From NCBI RefSeq assembly GCF_006345805.1, contig NC_043004.1:29202001-29266000 (forward strand): a stretch of DNA of 64,000 nucleotides. The letters run 5' to 3'. Below the pieces are notes generated by a model, which did no database searches, was not told where the DNA came from, and saw only the letters and a program-made list of their open reading frames with translations. This document shows, one piece after another, positions 1 through 13,190 of the stretch. Origin of the DNA: Octopus sinensis (lineage: Eukaryota). Made by a program: the position numbers and the translations under genes. How positions within the stretch are numbered: position 1 is the first letter of the stretch; each line of letters opens with the position of its first letter.

Positions 1-165
1 TATTGGTGTGTTTATCCTCCTATAACTTAACGGTTTTGCAAAAGAGACCGATAGAATAAGTACTTGGATTGCAAAGAATAAGTGCTGGAGTTGATTGGTT
101 CGACTAAAGGCGGTGCTCCAGCATGGCCGCAGTCAAATAACTGAAACAAATAAAAGAAAAGAAAA
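1..165 (+). mobile_element. SINE family A, 3' part
   Basis: Matches the 3' half of the full copy at 24844-25230 (gaccgatagaataagtac...ggtgctccagcatggccgcagtcaaat.actgaaacaa). Confidence 0.85.
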
Positions 166-853
166 ACATATTCTACTCTATTCTATTTTCTCCCTCATCT
201 TTTTCTCCTCTACACCGTTTTCTATCCCTCTCTCTCTCTCCCTCCTCTCTCTCCACTTCTTTCTCTTTTTCTCTCTCTCTCATTGCTCACACGTAACTAT
301 CGTCCATCTTTCTTTCCCTCCCGTGATCATCTTTCTTTTCCTTCAGGACTGTCCTAAAGACTGGACGTATTCTATCTCTTTCGTATATCTTTTCTCTTTT
401 CAAAGAAAATATTTTTCCAACGTTCGCTATTTTACCCTCTGGTCTAACGACCCTCCATTTCCTTGTATGTCTGCAATGTCCTGTTTTTTATGGAAGCAAC
501 TGTCTTCGAAGACCCATATTGTCGTTCAATGCTCGAAATGAGGAGTAGATAGACAGAAAACCGATGGAGGGCCGTTCTTTGTGTTACTTGTCCTGTTTTC
601 CATTGGTTTCTCTCGCTGTTTGCATATTGAAATCAGTTGTTTTCATATTTCATGTTTACTGTTGGTGACGTCCTGTACCCATATATGCATATATGTATGT
701 GTGTATATATTTGTGTAAATATATATATATATATATAAAACTTATATTGTTCTTTTATTCTTTTACTTTTTTACTTAAGTCACTTGACTGTGGCCATGCT
801 GGAGCATCGCCTTTTGTGTTTTCATGTTTGGGTTAACTTTATATATATATATA

Positions 854-885
854 ACTTCCGAGCTGTTTCCACTTTTACTTTTTAA

Positions 886-983
<98 letters not shown>

Positions 984-1032
984 GAGAGAGGAGGGGAGAG
1001 TTAAAAAGTAAAAGTGGATACAGCTCGGAAGT
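854..1032. repeat. Foldback: ~37-bp inverted repeat around a self-complementary (CT)n(TA)n(GA)n core
   Basis: acttccgagctgtttccacttttactttttaactctc vs gagagttaaaaagtaaaagtggatacagctcggaagt, one mismatch. Confidence 0.9.
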
Positions 1033-1465
1033 ATGTTTAAATATTATTTTAACCTTTATTCTTTAATAGGACAGGATAAGCATTTTTATATTTGTTACAT
1101 TAAATGATTTTCATAAAAATATTACCGGTTTCGATGTGGATATTAATCTTATCCAATAAAAAATGTCAAAGTCAAGAATTAGGAAATAAGAATGAAAAAT
1201 TGGAAATTGAAACAGTTTGTTCTCATTTTCTGTACGTAGTTATTAACATGTTTGATATTTTCTCTTGAAGACTCCTCTTATATATACTGTTTATCTAGGG
1301 ATGTAGAACGGGTTCAAGGGGGTCAAGCGTCAAATATTCTATAGAATTGAATGGCAGAATTCTTGTGTCAAAAATTCTGTTGAATGGAAACGATTTATTT
1401 TCTATTCAAAATATGTTGAGCAGTGTGCGTATGTGTGTATTTGTGTGTGTGTGTGTGTGTGTGTG

Positions 1466-1531
<66 letters not shown>

Positions 1532-2169
1532 GCATGTGCGTGCCTGAGTGTGAGTGCATGTGTGTATCGTGTTAAATGGTAAAAAAAAGAAGTCTATTAA
1601 TAGGGTTTGGAAGAAATTATTTTCCTTTCGCTTTGCAGCGCGCGTGTGAATCTATGTTGTGTTTGTGTCCGTTTTGCATTTTTGGAAATATTGTTTTGGG
1701 AAAGAATGTATTGTTGTGTCAAAGATTCTCTTGAATTGAATTGCAGGTTTTCCTACTCAAAATATCTTCAGCTGTATGTGTTTGTCTTGTGATAAATGTT
1801 CAAATAGGTTTGAAAAAGTGATTTAAGGATGGTCGCAAATCCTTTTAAAAGGGTTTGGGAAGAAATTTTTTTTCTTCTTTTCTTTTACTTTGTGGTGTGT
1901 GTGTGTGTTTGTTTTCCATGTGTGCGCGCGAGCATGTAGCTGGAACTCTCCATAACAGGTGCATATGTAAGTGCATAACAGTGCATATACAAGCATATAC
2001 AACATTTGCGCGCGCACACACACACACACGCGGCACGAGGCGATCATTTATTTATACAGATAAATTTCCATTTTTGGAGACAGTTGAAGACTCATAAACT
2101 CAGTAAAATGATGATAAAGATGTGTAAACTATACACCCTAATTTATTGACGAGTAATGGTGGATGGTTC

Positions 2170-3095
2170 CACCTTTAATTGTGATTTATATTTGTTAATA
2201 AATTGTTTTTTCTGTAATCATTCTTTATTGTTTTGTAAAAAGGTCTGAACATTTGTAGAGAGGGAAGATTTCGAAGTTAGGTAACTCCATTCCTGCACAA
2301 ACTGTAATGTGACTACTTAAAGGAATTTTCCTTGTATTTTCGTCTCCGCTCTCTTGATGGTTAACCGTCATTCTTTTGCGTAATGACACACCCATCTGTC
2401 CAATGTAATTTTGCTGATATCCACCGCGTATGATTGCAGAAATTTAATTTTGTGAGTTGCAGATGAAGTTGACTTTTACTTTGAAAGTTTGGCCATCTTT
2501 AAATTTGCATTCTGGTCCATCAGTTAGGTATAGGAAGGTGCTACACTTTGTTCTTCCACATTTTGTCACAATTAGGTTAGATAGTTGTTTTTGTGATTGT
2601 GTTCCAGTCAGAGTTTGTTTTATTGTTTTGGGCTGTCTTTTGCATTTAATGATTCGGTGTCTTTCCAGAATTTTCTTCATTTTGTTCAGATAGGATGGGC
2701 AAGCTTTTTGGATGTGTTCAAATATTTCGATGTTTTGGGTGTTAAAGGTTGAGCATATGGTAAAACATCTTTTCTTGTTGTTTGTTTTGTTGCTGTTTTT
2801 TGTTTCTTTAATTCTTGGATATCAATATGTTTTGCCCTGTTTATGCCATTGGTGATTATACCTAGTGGGTATGCTCTTTGAGGAAGTTTGTTCTTCATTT
2901 CATCCAGCCTTTGTTCACGTTTAGATGGGCCTGATATGGTGCATATACGCTTTGCTATGTTAAAAGGACTGATCAGTTTCATATGTTTTGGATGACATGA
3001 TGTGGACAGAAGGTACTGGTTGGAGTTCGTGGGATTATAGAACATGTCTATTTCTATTCTTTCATCCATGTTTGTGATTAAAATATCCAGAAAGG
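2170..3095 (-). pseudogene. Penelope-like element remnant: RT C-terminus, linker and GIY-YIG endonuclease
   Basis: Minus strand reads LDILIT..IDMFYNPTNSNQYL..SCHPKH..NIAKRIC (PLE RT thumb), then CGRTKCST..FKVKVNFICNSQN..YIGQMG.SLRKR. Stops and frameshifts are present. Confidence 0.85.
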
Positions 3096-3289
3096 CAGGG
3101 TTTTATCTTTTACTTGTATAATTCATTGGACTGCAGTCATGCGGATGAAACATCTTGAAGGATTTTAGTCGGATGAATCGACTCCAATGTTTATATATTT
3201 TTTTAAAGTCTGTTATTTATTCTGTCAGTGAATCTTCCAATTTAAACGCATAAAAATTAACAATTTCCTGTTCAGATTTCGTTATGCCT

Positions 3290-4046
3290 TCATACTTGAA
3301 GTACCTAGCTACAAGGCGTTCACGATGAATAAAAGAATGAAACACTTTTCATAAGCGCAATTAATTCTACGTTTTTCCCGCTCTTGCAAGAGCATCATCT
3401 GTTGCAACACTGACAAGGTTATTCAGCGGAACACCAGCATTTTTTGAGACTCTGACTGGCGCATTTGTTATGTCAACGCCACGAGTTTTTTCAACAAACA
3501 AATAATGCTTGTTGTGGGTTGCTTAGTGTGTCGGTTGATTCATCAATCTCTAAACTAAATGCAAGAGATTTTTAAAAATCATTTTGCATTTTGGTTTGCA
3601 ACGTCAGCACTGATTTAAGAGATACACCTATCTGTGGTGTAGCGTGGATCCACATTGCAACAAGTGCAGTTATATTCTTTTTGACAAAATCGCCATGAAA
3701 ATATGGGCGTTTAGTACGAGCAATGTTCCCTTACATAAAACTTCAATCGTTGCTTTGGCTTTCTTGCTGAATGTTTTCAACAGTGCCTGCGGGCTATTTG
3801 GTGATATGTTTTTTAACGCTTAATTTGTTTTACCTTAATTCTGATTTAGGTAGATAATCATGCGAAAAGGCTTTGTGATATGTTTCACACTGGCGATTCA
3901 AGTTGTTGGCTTTGTAATGAAACATGGCAAATAAGGCCCACAGGTTTACCTCTTTTATTGATGAATGCAAAATCTTTCTCTCACTTCGCCTTAAAATTTC
4001 TGTTTTCATCTTCGTATCTTCATTTCTTACAAGTTTGTGATGCCAT
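3290..4046 (-). pseudogene. hAT (GTF2IRD2/ZBED5/SPIN-like) transposase remnant
   Basis: Minus-strand fragments ENRNFKAK*EKDFAF..GKPVGLIC, IARTKRPY.HGDFVK, FSLEIDESTD, LVSVATD, IHRE.L; multiple disruptions. Confidence 0.8.
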
Positions 4047-4587
4047 CTTTGTTCGCAAAATTTTCACACACACTTGTAAATGGAACTTATATCCAAAATA
4101 TACCAACAAGGTATGAACGGTCGATCGGTTTGTATTAAACTTCGTTAATATATACTCTTTTACTTGTTTCAGTCATTTGACTGTGGCCATGCTGGAACAC
4201 CGCCTTTAGTCGAGCAAATCTACCCGAGGACTTATTAGTAATGTCAATGGTTTCATTCAAGAGTAGAAAATAAATGTACATTATATGATATTCATTCTAC
4301 TCCGAAAGCCAGCAGCAGCATCGAAGAAGAAAATCAGTACCAAACAGTAATATTAAATGACAACTGATTTATAAAAAGCTTACCTCAATCTCAAGTCATC
4401 GTATTAGAGTTTGGTCTAACTATTCCGGCAAAGACGAATTAACGAAAAAAATTTCTAAAATGTAAACGTTAGTAGCTAATAGATCTCCCTCCTTAGTATG
4501 TATAAATAGATTAACTTGGAATTTCACTCCATAACTCGAATATATTAACATAAACTTTTTTTATTTATTGCATGATTGATTACTCAT

Positions 4588-4805
4588 TTCCTCTTTTACT
4601 TGTTTCAGTCATTTGACTGCGGCGATGCTGGAGCACCATTTTAAAAGGTTTTAGTCGAACAAATCGACTCTAGGACTTATTCTTTGTAAGCCTAGTACTT
4701 ATTCTATCAGTCTCTTTTGCCGAACCACTAAATTACGGGGATATAACACACCAACATCAGTTGTCAAGCGATGGTGTGAGGACAAACTCAGTCACAAAGA
4801 CATAC

Positions 4806-4898
<93 letters not shown>

Positions 4899-5062
4899 CG
4901 ATGGGCTTCTTTCTGTTTCCATATATCAAATACACTCACAAGGCTTTGGTCGACCTGAGACTATAGTACAAGACACTTTCCCAAAGTGTCATGCAGTGGA
5001 ACTGAACCCGGAAGCATGTGATTGGAAAGCAAGCTTTTTGCCACACAACCACGCCTGCGCCT
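4588..5062 (-). mobile_element. SINE family A, full length with internal CA/TA tract
   Basis: Reverse complement of the 24844-25230 copy; tRNA-like A/B boxes at the 5060 end. Short 3' tails of the family also occur at ~750-815, ~3100-3225 and 4152-4235. Confidence 0.85.
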
Positions 5063-5245
5063 ATTATTTAGAATACTTTATGATTTCATGCGATATAGAA
5101 CAAATACCATTCTGCATTGTTTAACCGTCCAGAAAAGCCTTTAACCATACCTCTGGCAAACAGTATAAATAACCTGCATACAAGGGTAAAAAAAGCAGAG
5201 TGTATTAAGTTCATGCATAGAAAATAGGAGAAATTATAAGAGAAT

Positions 5246-5284
5246 GTCTTATACATTTCGAGCTAAAGCTCTTCTTCTGAAAGA
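5246..5284 (-). ncRNA. Degenerate minimal type I hammerhead ribozyme motif (Penelope-type)
   Basis: Minus strand tcttt-CAGAAGA-A-GAGC ttta GCTC-GAAAT-GTA-taaga, same architecture as 15272 and 15629. U4 and stem III are mutated. Confidence 0.5.
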
Positions 5285-5391
5285 ATAAAAGAAAGAATGG
5301 AAAAAAATGGAGAAAGAACAGAAAACACGGGTGTCTGTTAAACGGTCTAGGCAATTTGAAGTATACGCGCACACACATACACACACACACA

Positions 5392-5463
<72 letters not shown>

Positions 5464-6252
5464 ACATATATATATATATATATATGTGCATATATACCAG
5501 GGATCATCTAACCACTTTTTACGAGACGCACACAGTTGTTTGACCGTTAATATGTGTGGATCATGGGAATATATTGGCTGAGCTCTTTTTTATTACAGTA
5601 AATATAAAGTTAAATAAAATACTAATGTTTTATTATTAATTATTGGGTATGGATTGATATCAGCTGTGTAGCACTGAGGGAAAAGCTTTTCTTAATTTTG
5701 AGAGAAGGGAGTACGTCGTTCTATAAATATTTCAAATATAAACCCAAATATAAAACAGTAATGAAGTTATTTTCTTTATTTTCCACTCCAATTCTGGTCT
5801 TATACTCTTTTTCTCAACATATTTCTCGTTCAAATTCTAACCAGAGAGATACATGTAAGTGTATAAGGATATGAATGAACGGATTACGACTAAGCATGTT
5901 AAGGTAGAGAGCAGTACTCATAAGCTCTTTCCAGAATCCCCATGACTGGTACAAGAAGGAACGTATCTTCAGATCGGAAAAACTGATTTAAATACTTGCC
6001 AGAAAGTGGAATTTGTCAAGGGCACCCAAAGGGCAAAATATGTGCGTTACACCGGTCAACTGCTGAAGTCTGTCCTTTCGTATGTTTAAACGTTACTCTT
6101 CACCATACAGCGTTTAGCTCCACTTATTCTGAGTGTGTTGGCAGAATTAGTTTTGATGTAGAGATTTATTTGGTTTTAAAGCTCAAGATAATAAGGACAG
6201 GTGATTAGGAAATGATCTGGAAATAGCCATTACGAGTCTAATGATATACATA

Positions 6253-6445
6253 AGGCGGTGAGCTGGCAGACTTAGTGTCACTTCATCCATCTTTACGTTC
6301 TAATTTCAAATTCTGCTGAGATCGACTTTGCCTTTCATTATAACACGTGGTCGATAAAATAGGTACCAGTTGAGCACTGGGATCGATGTGATCGACTTAT
6401 GCGCTCCTCCGAAACTGCTGGCGTTGTACCAAAATTTAACACCAA
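6253..6445 (+). mobile_element. SINE family B, degenerate
   Basis: ggcggtgagctggcaga head and gtcgactttgcctttcat...gtcgataaaat.ggtaccagtt body. Confidence 0.8.
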
Positions 6446-6576
6446 TAATAAACATAGTAATTACAGGCTGATTTCGAGTTAAATCTGAGTTTATCAAATA
6501 GATGTCTGTAGGTAGCAAGCTTTGCTCCGCCGTAATAATTAAAGAAGCTTGTCCAACCTTACAAAGTAGATGTTAA

Positions 6577-6948
6577 TCTCTATATATAAAGCTGAAGTTG
6601 TCTATGTGTGGCAGGTTTGGTAGCCTTCAACTAACACTATCTCCTCCGAGACCCTGCGGCGCAAGTTGACCAAAATTGAGAGTATGATAGAAGAAGGCTT
6701 GCTCTTCATTCGTAGAAGATAAAATTCAAATCGGACCATGTTAAGATCAAAAATTATTTACATCAAAAAGGTGCTTTTTTTTCTATCAAAATCCCTATTT
6801 TTTACGATTTTTTGACTGCTGTGTCGCCATTTTTCGGTGTATTTCAACCAGAAACATGTTCACTTAAAGAGAATAACAAGCTACATAATGCAAATTTTTT
6901 TCTTTTCAAAAATTCCTATTCTAAAGGGTCGAAACAAACCCGAGCAAC
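6577..6948 (+). mobile_element. Non-autonomous Helitron, 3' end truncated
   Basis: Starts A|TCtctatatataaagctgaagttgt like the copy at 26928; ends aacccgagcaac, the first half of the terminal hairpin. Confidence 0.7.
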
Positions 6949-8124
6949 TTAAACTGGTATGATGGTATAATACAGCGTGCTTCTAAGTCTATTGTTTCTC
7001 AAACTTAATCATTGGTCTAATCGATAAAGTAATAGACTGAATGATCAAGACTTTTTGGTGTCGCTGGTGTTGCACTGTAGTAAAAACAGTTCTCTAAATG
7101 CACCAAAAGTGGTACAACTCACCGCTGCACAAGCGGGAGCCCTTTAAAAATTGACAGTTTTTAGTTTACAGGACACTTTTTATGTATATTCGGAGAGGGA
7201 TGAGTGTCACCAGGCTGACGTAGCTACGGGAGACAAAGTCTTTGGGCCGCTCTTAGGATCTTAGGGAACAATTAATTAAGAATATTGGCTACTTATGTAA
7301 ATATATGCTAATTAGATACATAAATGCAAAAACGTATGATTAAATTAACTAATGGATCGATTTATTTATTGAATGAGAATTGTTAGAAGTACTTTTTGAA
7401 GAACGAATGTTTAGTGGAATAAAACAACGGTAGGTGAGTGGATGGCCAGATGTTTCCATGACAGAGAATAGGAAATTCTTGAAAACATCCACACCTTCAT
7501 CGATGTAGAATTTCAGTTAGTGTATATCGTTCATCCCAAGTGATGATTGCTACTTGCATTTTGATTGGCTTGCTCTTGGTAAAAAAAAAAAGAAAAAGAA
7601 TAACAAGTACGATAGTATCAATAGGGGAAGGAACTGGGAAAGAAGGAAATAGCGAAGCGGAGAATAAGGAAGCGTGAAGTGTAAAGGAAAAAAATAAGTA
7701 TCATATATGATTGTGAGTAGTAAAAATAAAGTTAAGATGGGCAAAAGATAGATGGTGGGGGACAGTCAAAATTATATGTTAAATTGAGAATACGTCCATG
7801 TCAGTTCGAAATACAACACCGAAGCTAATGATAGCCACCGTGATATATACGACGTGATGGAAGGGTAAAAATGGCTGATATAATAACATTCGCTTCAGCA
7901 GCTTTCCTGATTAACCATAGGGGAGCAGAGGTGGTGTGGTTTACCACCGATTTTCTTAGTGTCTAAGGCAGTCCAGCCGACAGAGAGCGCTGTTGTTCAC
8001 GCCGTCATTCTAGTTTTAGCCGCTAGCACAATTTTGTTCGATGGCTTCAAGGTCTACTCTGTTACTGCAGCAGTTACGTAGGCTGGTGCCATCGTGCAGT
8101 ATTAACGCTGGTGCTGTCAGTAGC

Positions 8125-8530
8125 AGCGGCGGCGGCAGCAGTAGTAGTAGTAGTAGTAGTAGTAGTAAGCACAGCAGCAATTCTATTGAAATAGACTTCC
8201 ACAAACACCAACATCAGCATGACGCAAGTTTCACGTGTCTCATCATTCTTGCCTTTTATTGATCAATCATATTCTACTCTCTTCTTCTTCTTCTTCTTCT
8301 GCTTGATCTTCATCTGGTGGTGGTGGTGGTGCTGCTCCTGCTGCTGCCATAACTACTGCTACTGCAGCAACAAGAACCACTGCTACTACTATTACTGCTG
8401 CTGCTGCTGCTGCTACCGCCGCCGTCGTTGCCGCTACCGTCGCAGCTGCTGCTGATTATGATGATAATGACGCTGCTCCTGATGTTACAATAGCTGCTGC
8501 TGCTGCTACAGCTGCTACTGCTGCTTCGCA
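8125..8530. repeat. Mixed trinucleotide low-complexity tract (AGT, CTT, GGT, CTG, GCC)
   Basis: Visible directly; explains the poly-S/L/C/W ORFs. Confidence 0.9.
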
Positions 8531-9243
8531 GCCGTCCTCACTCTGTTTCATATTTAAGCTTATTCTTTTTCTTCTTCCCTTATTCTTTCTGTCATTCACC
8601 TTTCTTTCTCTTTTCTTTATTTCCGTCACAACCACCCTCGACACCCACTTTTATAAGTAATTCCCTTCTTTCATTATATTCTTTAATATCCTATGTTCTT
8701 TTTTCTTTCTTCGGTTATTCGAGTCGTCTTTTGACATTACAGAAATACTGATATATCTTTATAAATCTATAAGAAACCATTTCATTTAAATGTTTTTTGA
8801 AGGCGGCTGAGAAAATAACAATTAAATATGTGGAAATATCAACTCAAATAACAGGCATTGCTCCAGTATGACCATGATTGTGGTGACTAATGCAAACTAA
8901 GGAAGACAGACACATTCACTATACATGCACACACACACACACGTGTGCGGGCACCCGCAATCACAGATATAATACACATACATATGCAGAAAACCATGCA
9001 CAAACACAGACACAGACATGCAATCACACGCATGCATACACACAGATGCATAGGAACATGCACACATATGTGTGTGTGTGTGCTTGCGTGCGCACGCACG
9101 CATACACTCACACACTCATACACAGACATATATGTAGTCTGGTTATTTTTTTAATACTGAAAGAATAGTCAGAATTTCACTGCTTAGTCCAACCATTATT
9201 TCAAATAGAAAAGTGGATATATCAGTATGTATAAAACCACAAC

Positions 9244-9268
9244 TCTATCTATCTCTCCATCTATCTAT

Positions 9269-9344
<76 letters not shown>

Positions 9345-9558
9345 TTTTAAACTTTAAGTATATTTGGTAGATGGAAACTAAAAGAAACCTGCCATATGTC
9401 TATATATAAAATTCTTTAAACTGTTTCCGCTTTAAAGCTGCGATTATATTTATTATTATATTATTATTATTATATTATTATTATTATTATTTATTATTAT
9501 TATTATATATTATTATTATTATATTATTATTATATTATTATTATTATTATTATTATCA

Positions 9559-9634
<76 letters not shown>

Positions 9635-9638
9635 ATTA

Positions 9639-9693
<55 letters not shown>
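9244..9693. repeat. (CTAT)n followed by long (ATT)n microsatellites
   Basis: Visible directly. Confidence 0.95.
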
Positions 9694-9694
<1 letters not shown>

Positions 9695-9695
<1 letters not shown>

Positions 9696-9905
9696 GGCAG
9701 CGAGCTGGCAGACTCGTAGGTACCCCGGGCTAAATGCTTAGCGGTATTTCGTTCGTTACTGCGTTCTGAGTTCAATTTCCGCTCAGGTCGTTTTTGTCTT
9801 TCAACCTTTAGGGGTCGATAAATTAAGTACCAGTGAAACAATGGGTTCGATGTAATCGACCAGTCCCTCCCACAAAATGGCTGCCCTTATGGCGAAAGTT
9901 GAAGC
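9695..9905 (+). mobile_element. SINE family B
   Basis: ggcagcgagctggcaga head, gagttcaatttcc B-box, ggggtcgataaattaagtaccag body. Confidence 0.85.
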
Positions 9906-9944
9906 TATTGGTATTATTGTTGTTGTTGTTGTTGTTGTTATTAT

Positions 9945-10150
9945 GTCGTGTCTGTGTTTGTCCACCACCACCTCTTGACAACTCGTGTTGGTTTGATCAC
10001 GTCTCTGTAACTAGCAATTGGACAAAAGAGACCGATAGAAAAATTACCAGGCTTAAGTAAGAATAATTATTGGTTTCGAGTCGTTTGACAACAATTCTTC
10101 TAGACGGTGCCCCAGCACGGCCGCAGCCTAACGACTGAAACAAGTAAAAG

Positions 10151-10189
<39 letters not shown>

Positions 10190-10412
10190 TTTTATTTTGT
10201 TTCAGTCATTTGACTGCGGCCAAGCTGGAGCACCGCCTTTAGTCGAACAAATCGAACACAGGACTTATTCTTTCTGAGCATAGTACTTATTCTATCGATC
10301 TCTTTCGCCGAACCGGTAAGGTACGGAGATAAAAACACACCAACATCGGTTGACAAGTGATGTTGATGGTACAAATAAACACACACACACACACACGCAT
10401 ATATACATACAT

Positions 10413-10500
<88 letters not shown>

Positions 10501-10640
10501 CGACGGGCTTCTTTCAGTTTCCATCTGCCGAATCCACTCACAAGGTCGGCCCAAGGCTATAGTAGAAAGCACTTGCCCAAGGTACTGAACACGGAACCAC
10601 GTGGTTGGTAAGCAAGCTACTTACCACACACCCACGCCTG
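9945..10640. mobile_element. Two family A SINEs tail-to-tail (+ 9945-10150, - 10186-10640) separated by (TA)n
   Basis: Both match the family A consensus in opposite orientations. Confidence 0.8.
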
Positions 10641-10726
10641 TACCTATCTATCTATCTATATATATATATATATCAATATTTCTCTCTCTATATATATATA
10701 TATATATGTGTGTGTATGTATGTATA

Positions 10727-10819
<93 letters not shown>

Positions 10820-11169
10820 TGTATGTATGTATGTATGTATGTATAAGCATTTCAATTTCTATTTGCATCCTTGTTCAGTTTTCCTCTTGTTTTTACTAGA
10901 TTTCAGACACTCATAAAAATATCTTTGTAAAGAAACTGGAGAATCCAAACCTAACAATGAGATAATGTCACCCTGATCTTTCATGTTGATTTATATATGC
11001 GTTCGTGTGTGTGTGTGTGTGTGTGTGCGCGCGCACGTGTGTGTGTGTGCGCGCACGTGTGTGCGTGTGTGTGTGAAGAAAGCTGGGAGATTGACTGTTT
11101 GAGTGTTCCTATGCGGTAGGAGTTTTATCTGCTGCTGCAAATAGTTTTTCCCTCTACTAGGTTACTTAA

Positions 11170-11320
11170 TCGGTGATATACTTCAGGAAACGGTTCTAGG
11201 ACCATTATTGATTATCATCACCCTATCAGGTCGCAAGTGTGTTCGGCCAACCTAACGAGTTACGCCGATGACGCAAAAATATCGAAAGCCATCCAAATTT
11301 CAGAATATATTGTCACATAC
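11170..11320 (+). pseudogene. CR1/L2-like reverse transcriptase fragment
   Basis: LQETVLGPLL (PQGSVLGP motif) and SYADDAKISKAI (YADD motif). Confidence 0.65.
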
Positions 11321-11760
11321 ACTGACAAATGATTGCCCGACATTTTTTCTTGGGTAATGTGGGCTTTGTGAGAAGGTGCTGAGTTTACTTGAAGCAGATA
11401 GGGCCTGCCACTAATTGCTTCATCCATGCAGAGCTTGAATAACTATCACCAGAATTTCAACGTATCCAAAAGCATTAATTCTAAAACCCCGTGGAAAATT
11501 GTGAAATAGCAAGACATGACTTTCGTTACTCACCACTCTTTAGATTGTTATGATGGCTGGAAACTTAGTGCGCATCACTCTGAAGACATCCCGATGATCT
11601 GCATAGAACCATCTGCCATTTCTCCTGTTTGATGCTAGGTTTTGCTGGAAGATTTACCCATCAGAGATGTTCCGAAGCATGCCATGTTCGTGATGCCATT
11701 TAAACTTGTTAAGTAACCGCTTGGCATGAATTGGATTAAATACAATGTCTTTATAGTAAG

Positions 11761-12062
11761 TGGAGGCACATGGACTAGTGGTTAGAGCAGCGGACTCGCG
11801 GTCGAGGGATCGCGGGTTCAAATCTCAGACCGGGCGATGTGTGTGTTTATGAGCGAATCACCTAAGCTCCACGCGGTTCCGGCAGAAGGTAATGGCGAAC
11901 TTCTGCTGACTCTTTCGCCACAACTTTCTCGCACTCTTTCCTCCTGCATCTTGCAGCACACCTGCGATGGACTGGCGTCCCGTCCAGATGGGGGAACCTA
12001 TACGCCAAGGAAACTGGGAAACCGGCCCTTATAAGCCAGGCATGGCTTGAGAAGAAACAAAC
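11761..12062 (+). mobile_element. SINE family C (tRNA head, Meta/V-domain-like body), TSD-flanked
   Basis: A-box tggactagtggtt, B-box ggttcaaatc, body cctgcgatggactggcgtcccgtccag; flanking duplication acaatgtctt(t/a)atagt. Confidence 0.85.
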
Positions 12063-12337
12063 AATGTCTTAATAGTGTCCGAACGTGTAGAACGTATTTC
12101 AGTTTAATGCTCTAGAAACGTTTAATTTCATTCGAAATTTCTGTACAAAAGATTTTGCAATATTTAGAAAGTTGCTAATTTCTAAATTGCTGTTTCGCAA
12201 TACTTTCCCTTTCGAGTGTTAGCATTTCATCTACCATGGGGTGTATGAAATTAAAAACAAAGCAACTTAAATTGGCTTCAGAAGGGTAAATATGCTGATA
12301 AACAATTTTTCTTCAAATACCCCTCTCAGTTTCTCTC

Positions 12338-12468
<131 letters not shown>

Positions 12469-12601
12469 CAGCTAATTCGAAGAAGTTGCATCTCCATTAG
12501 GGATTATATAATCCAAGATATTCCACTGATTAATCTCTATCATATAATGCGAAAGTCACTGGTATATGTTAGGGATTATTGAAATGCTATATTATCAATA
12601 T

Positions 12602-13186
12602 TGACGGAAAAGAAAATGCAGAAAAAAATTAATGCGTGAATAATTTATTTGTATGTTATAAAATGTTGAAAATTTCTTTTAAAAAACATAACAGTACAAA
12701 TAAATTGATTACAAATTGTAAAGCTCGGAAGAAATAAAACAAAAGAACCTACATAAATATTTCAGGACAATCACCTAATTGATCAGAAATTCTAAGCATT
12801 TGGTTAAATGCTAAGAAAGGTATAATATTCTTATTAAATGGAGTAGGGCTTCTTCAGGGTAATTATGTGCTTAATACTCTGTATGTATTCTTCAAAAGAA
12901 AAAATGATAGCTTAAGTTCCATAAACTCATAATAACCTTGAGGAAGTCCTACCCCGTATAGTTAGAATATGATACCCTTCTTAGCACTTAAACAAATGCT
13001 TAGGATTTCTGATCAACCAGGGGACAGTCCTGAAATATTCATTTAGGTTCTTTTATTTTATTTCTTTCGAGCTTTACAACTTGTAATCAATTTATTTGTA
13101 CTATTATGTTTTTAAAAGAAATTTTCAACATTTTATAACATACAAATTATTCATACATCTATTTTTCTCCATTTTTTTTCCTTCGA
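12602..13186. repeat. Large imperfect palindrome (~260-bp arms, ~60-bp loop), foldback element
   Basis: For example gtacaaataaattgattacaa vs ttgtaatcaatttatttgtac, and agggcttcttcagggtaattatg vs cataataaccttgaggaagtcct. Confidence 0.9.
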
Positions 13187-13190
13187 TATA

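Noticed and set aside
11761-11835. tRNA gene
   Set aside because: A/B boxes are present but run into a SINE body with a TSD; no proper acceptor stem.
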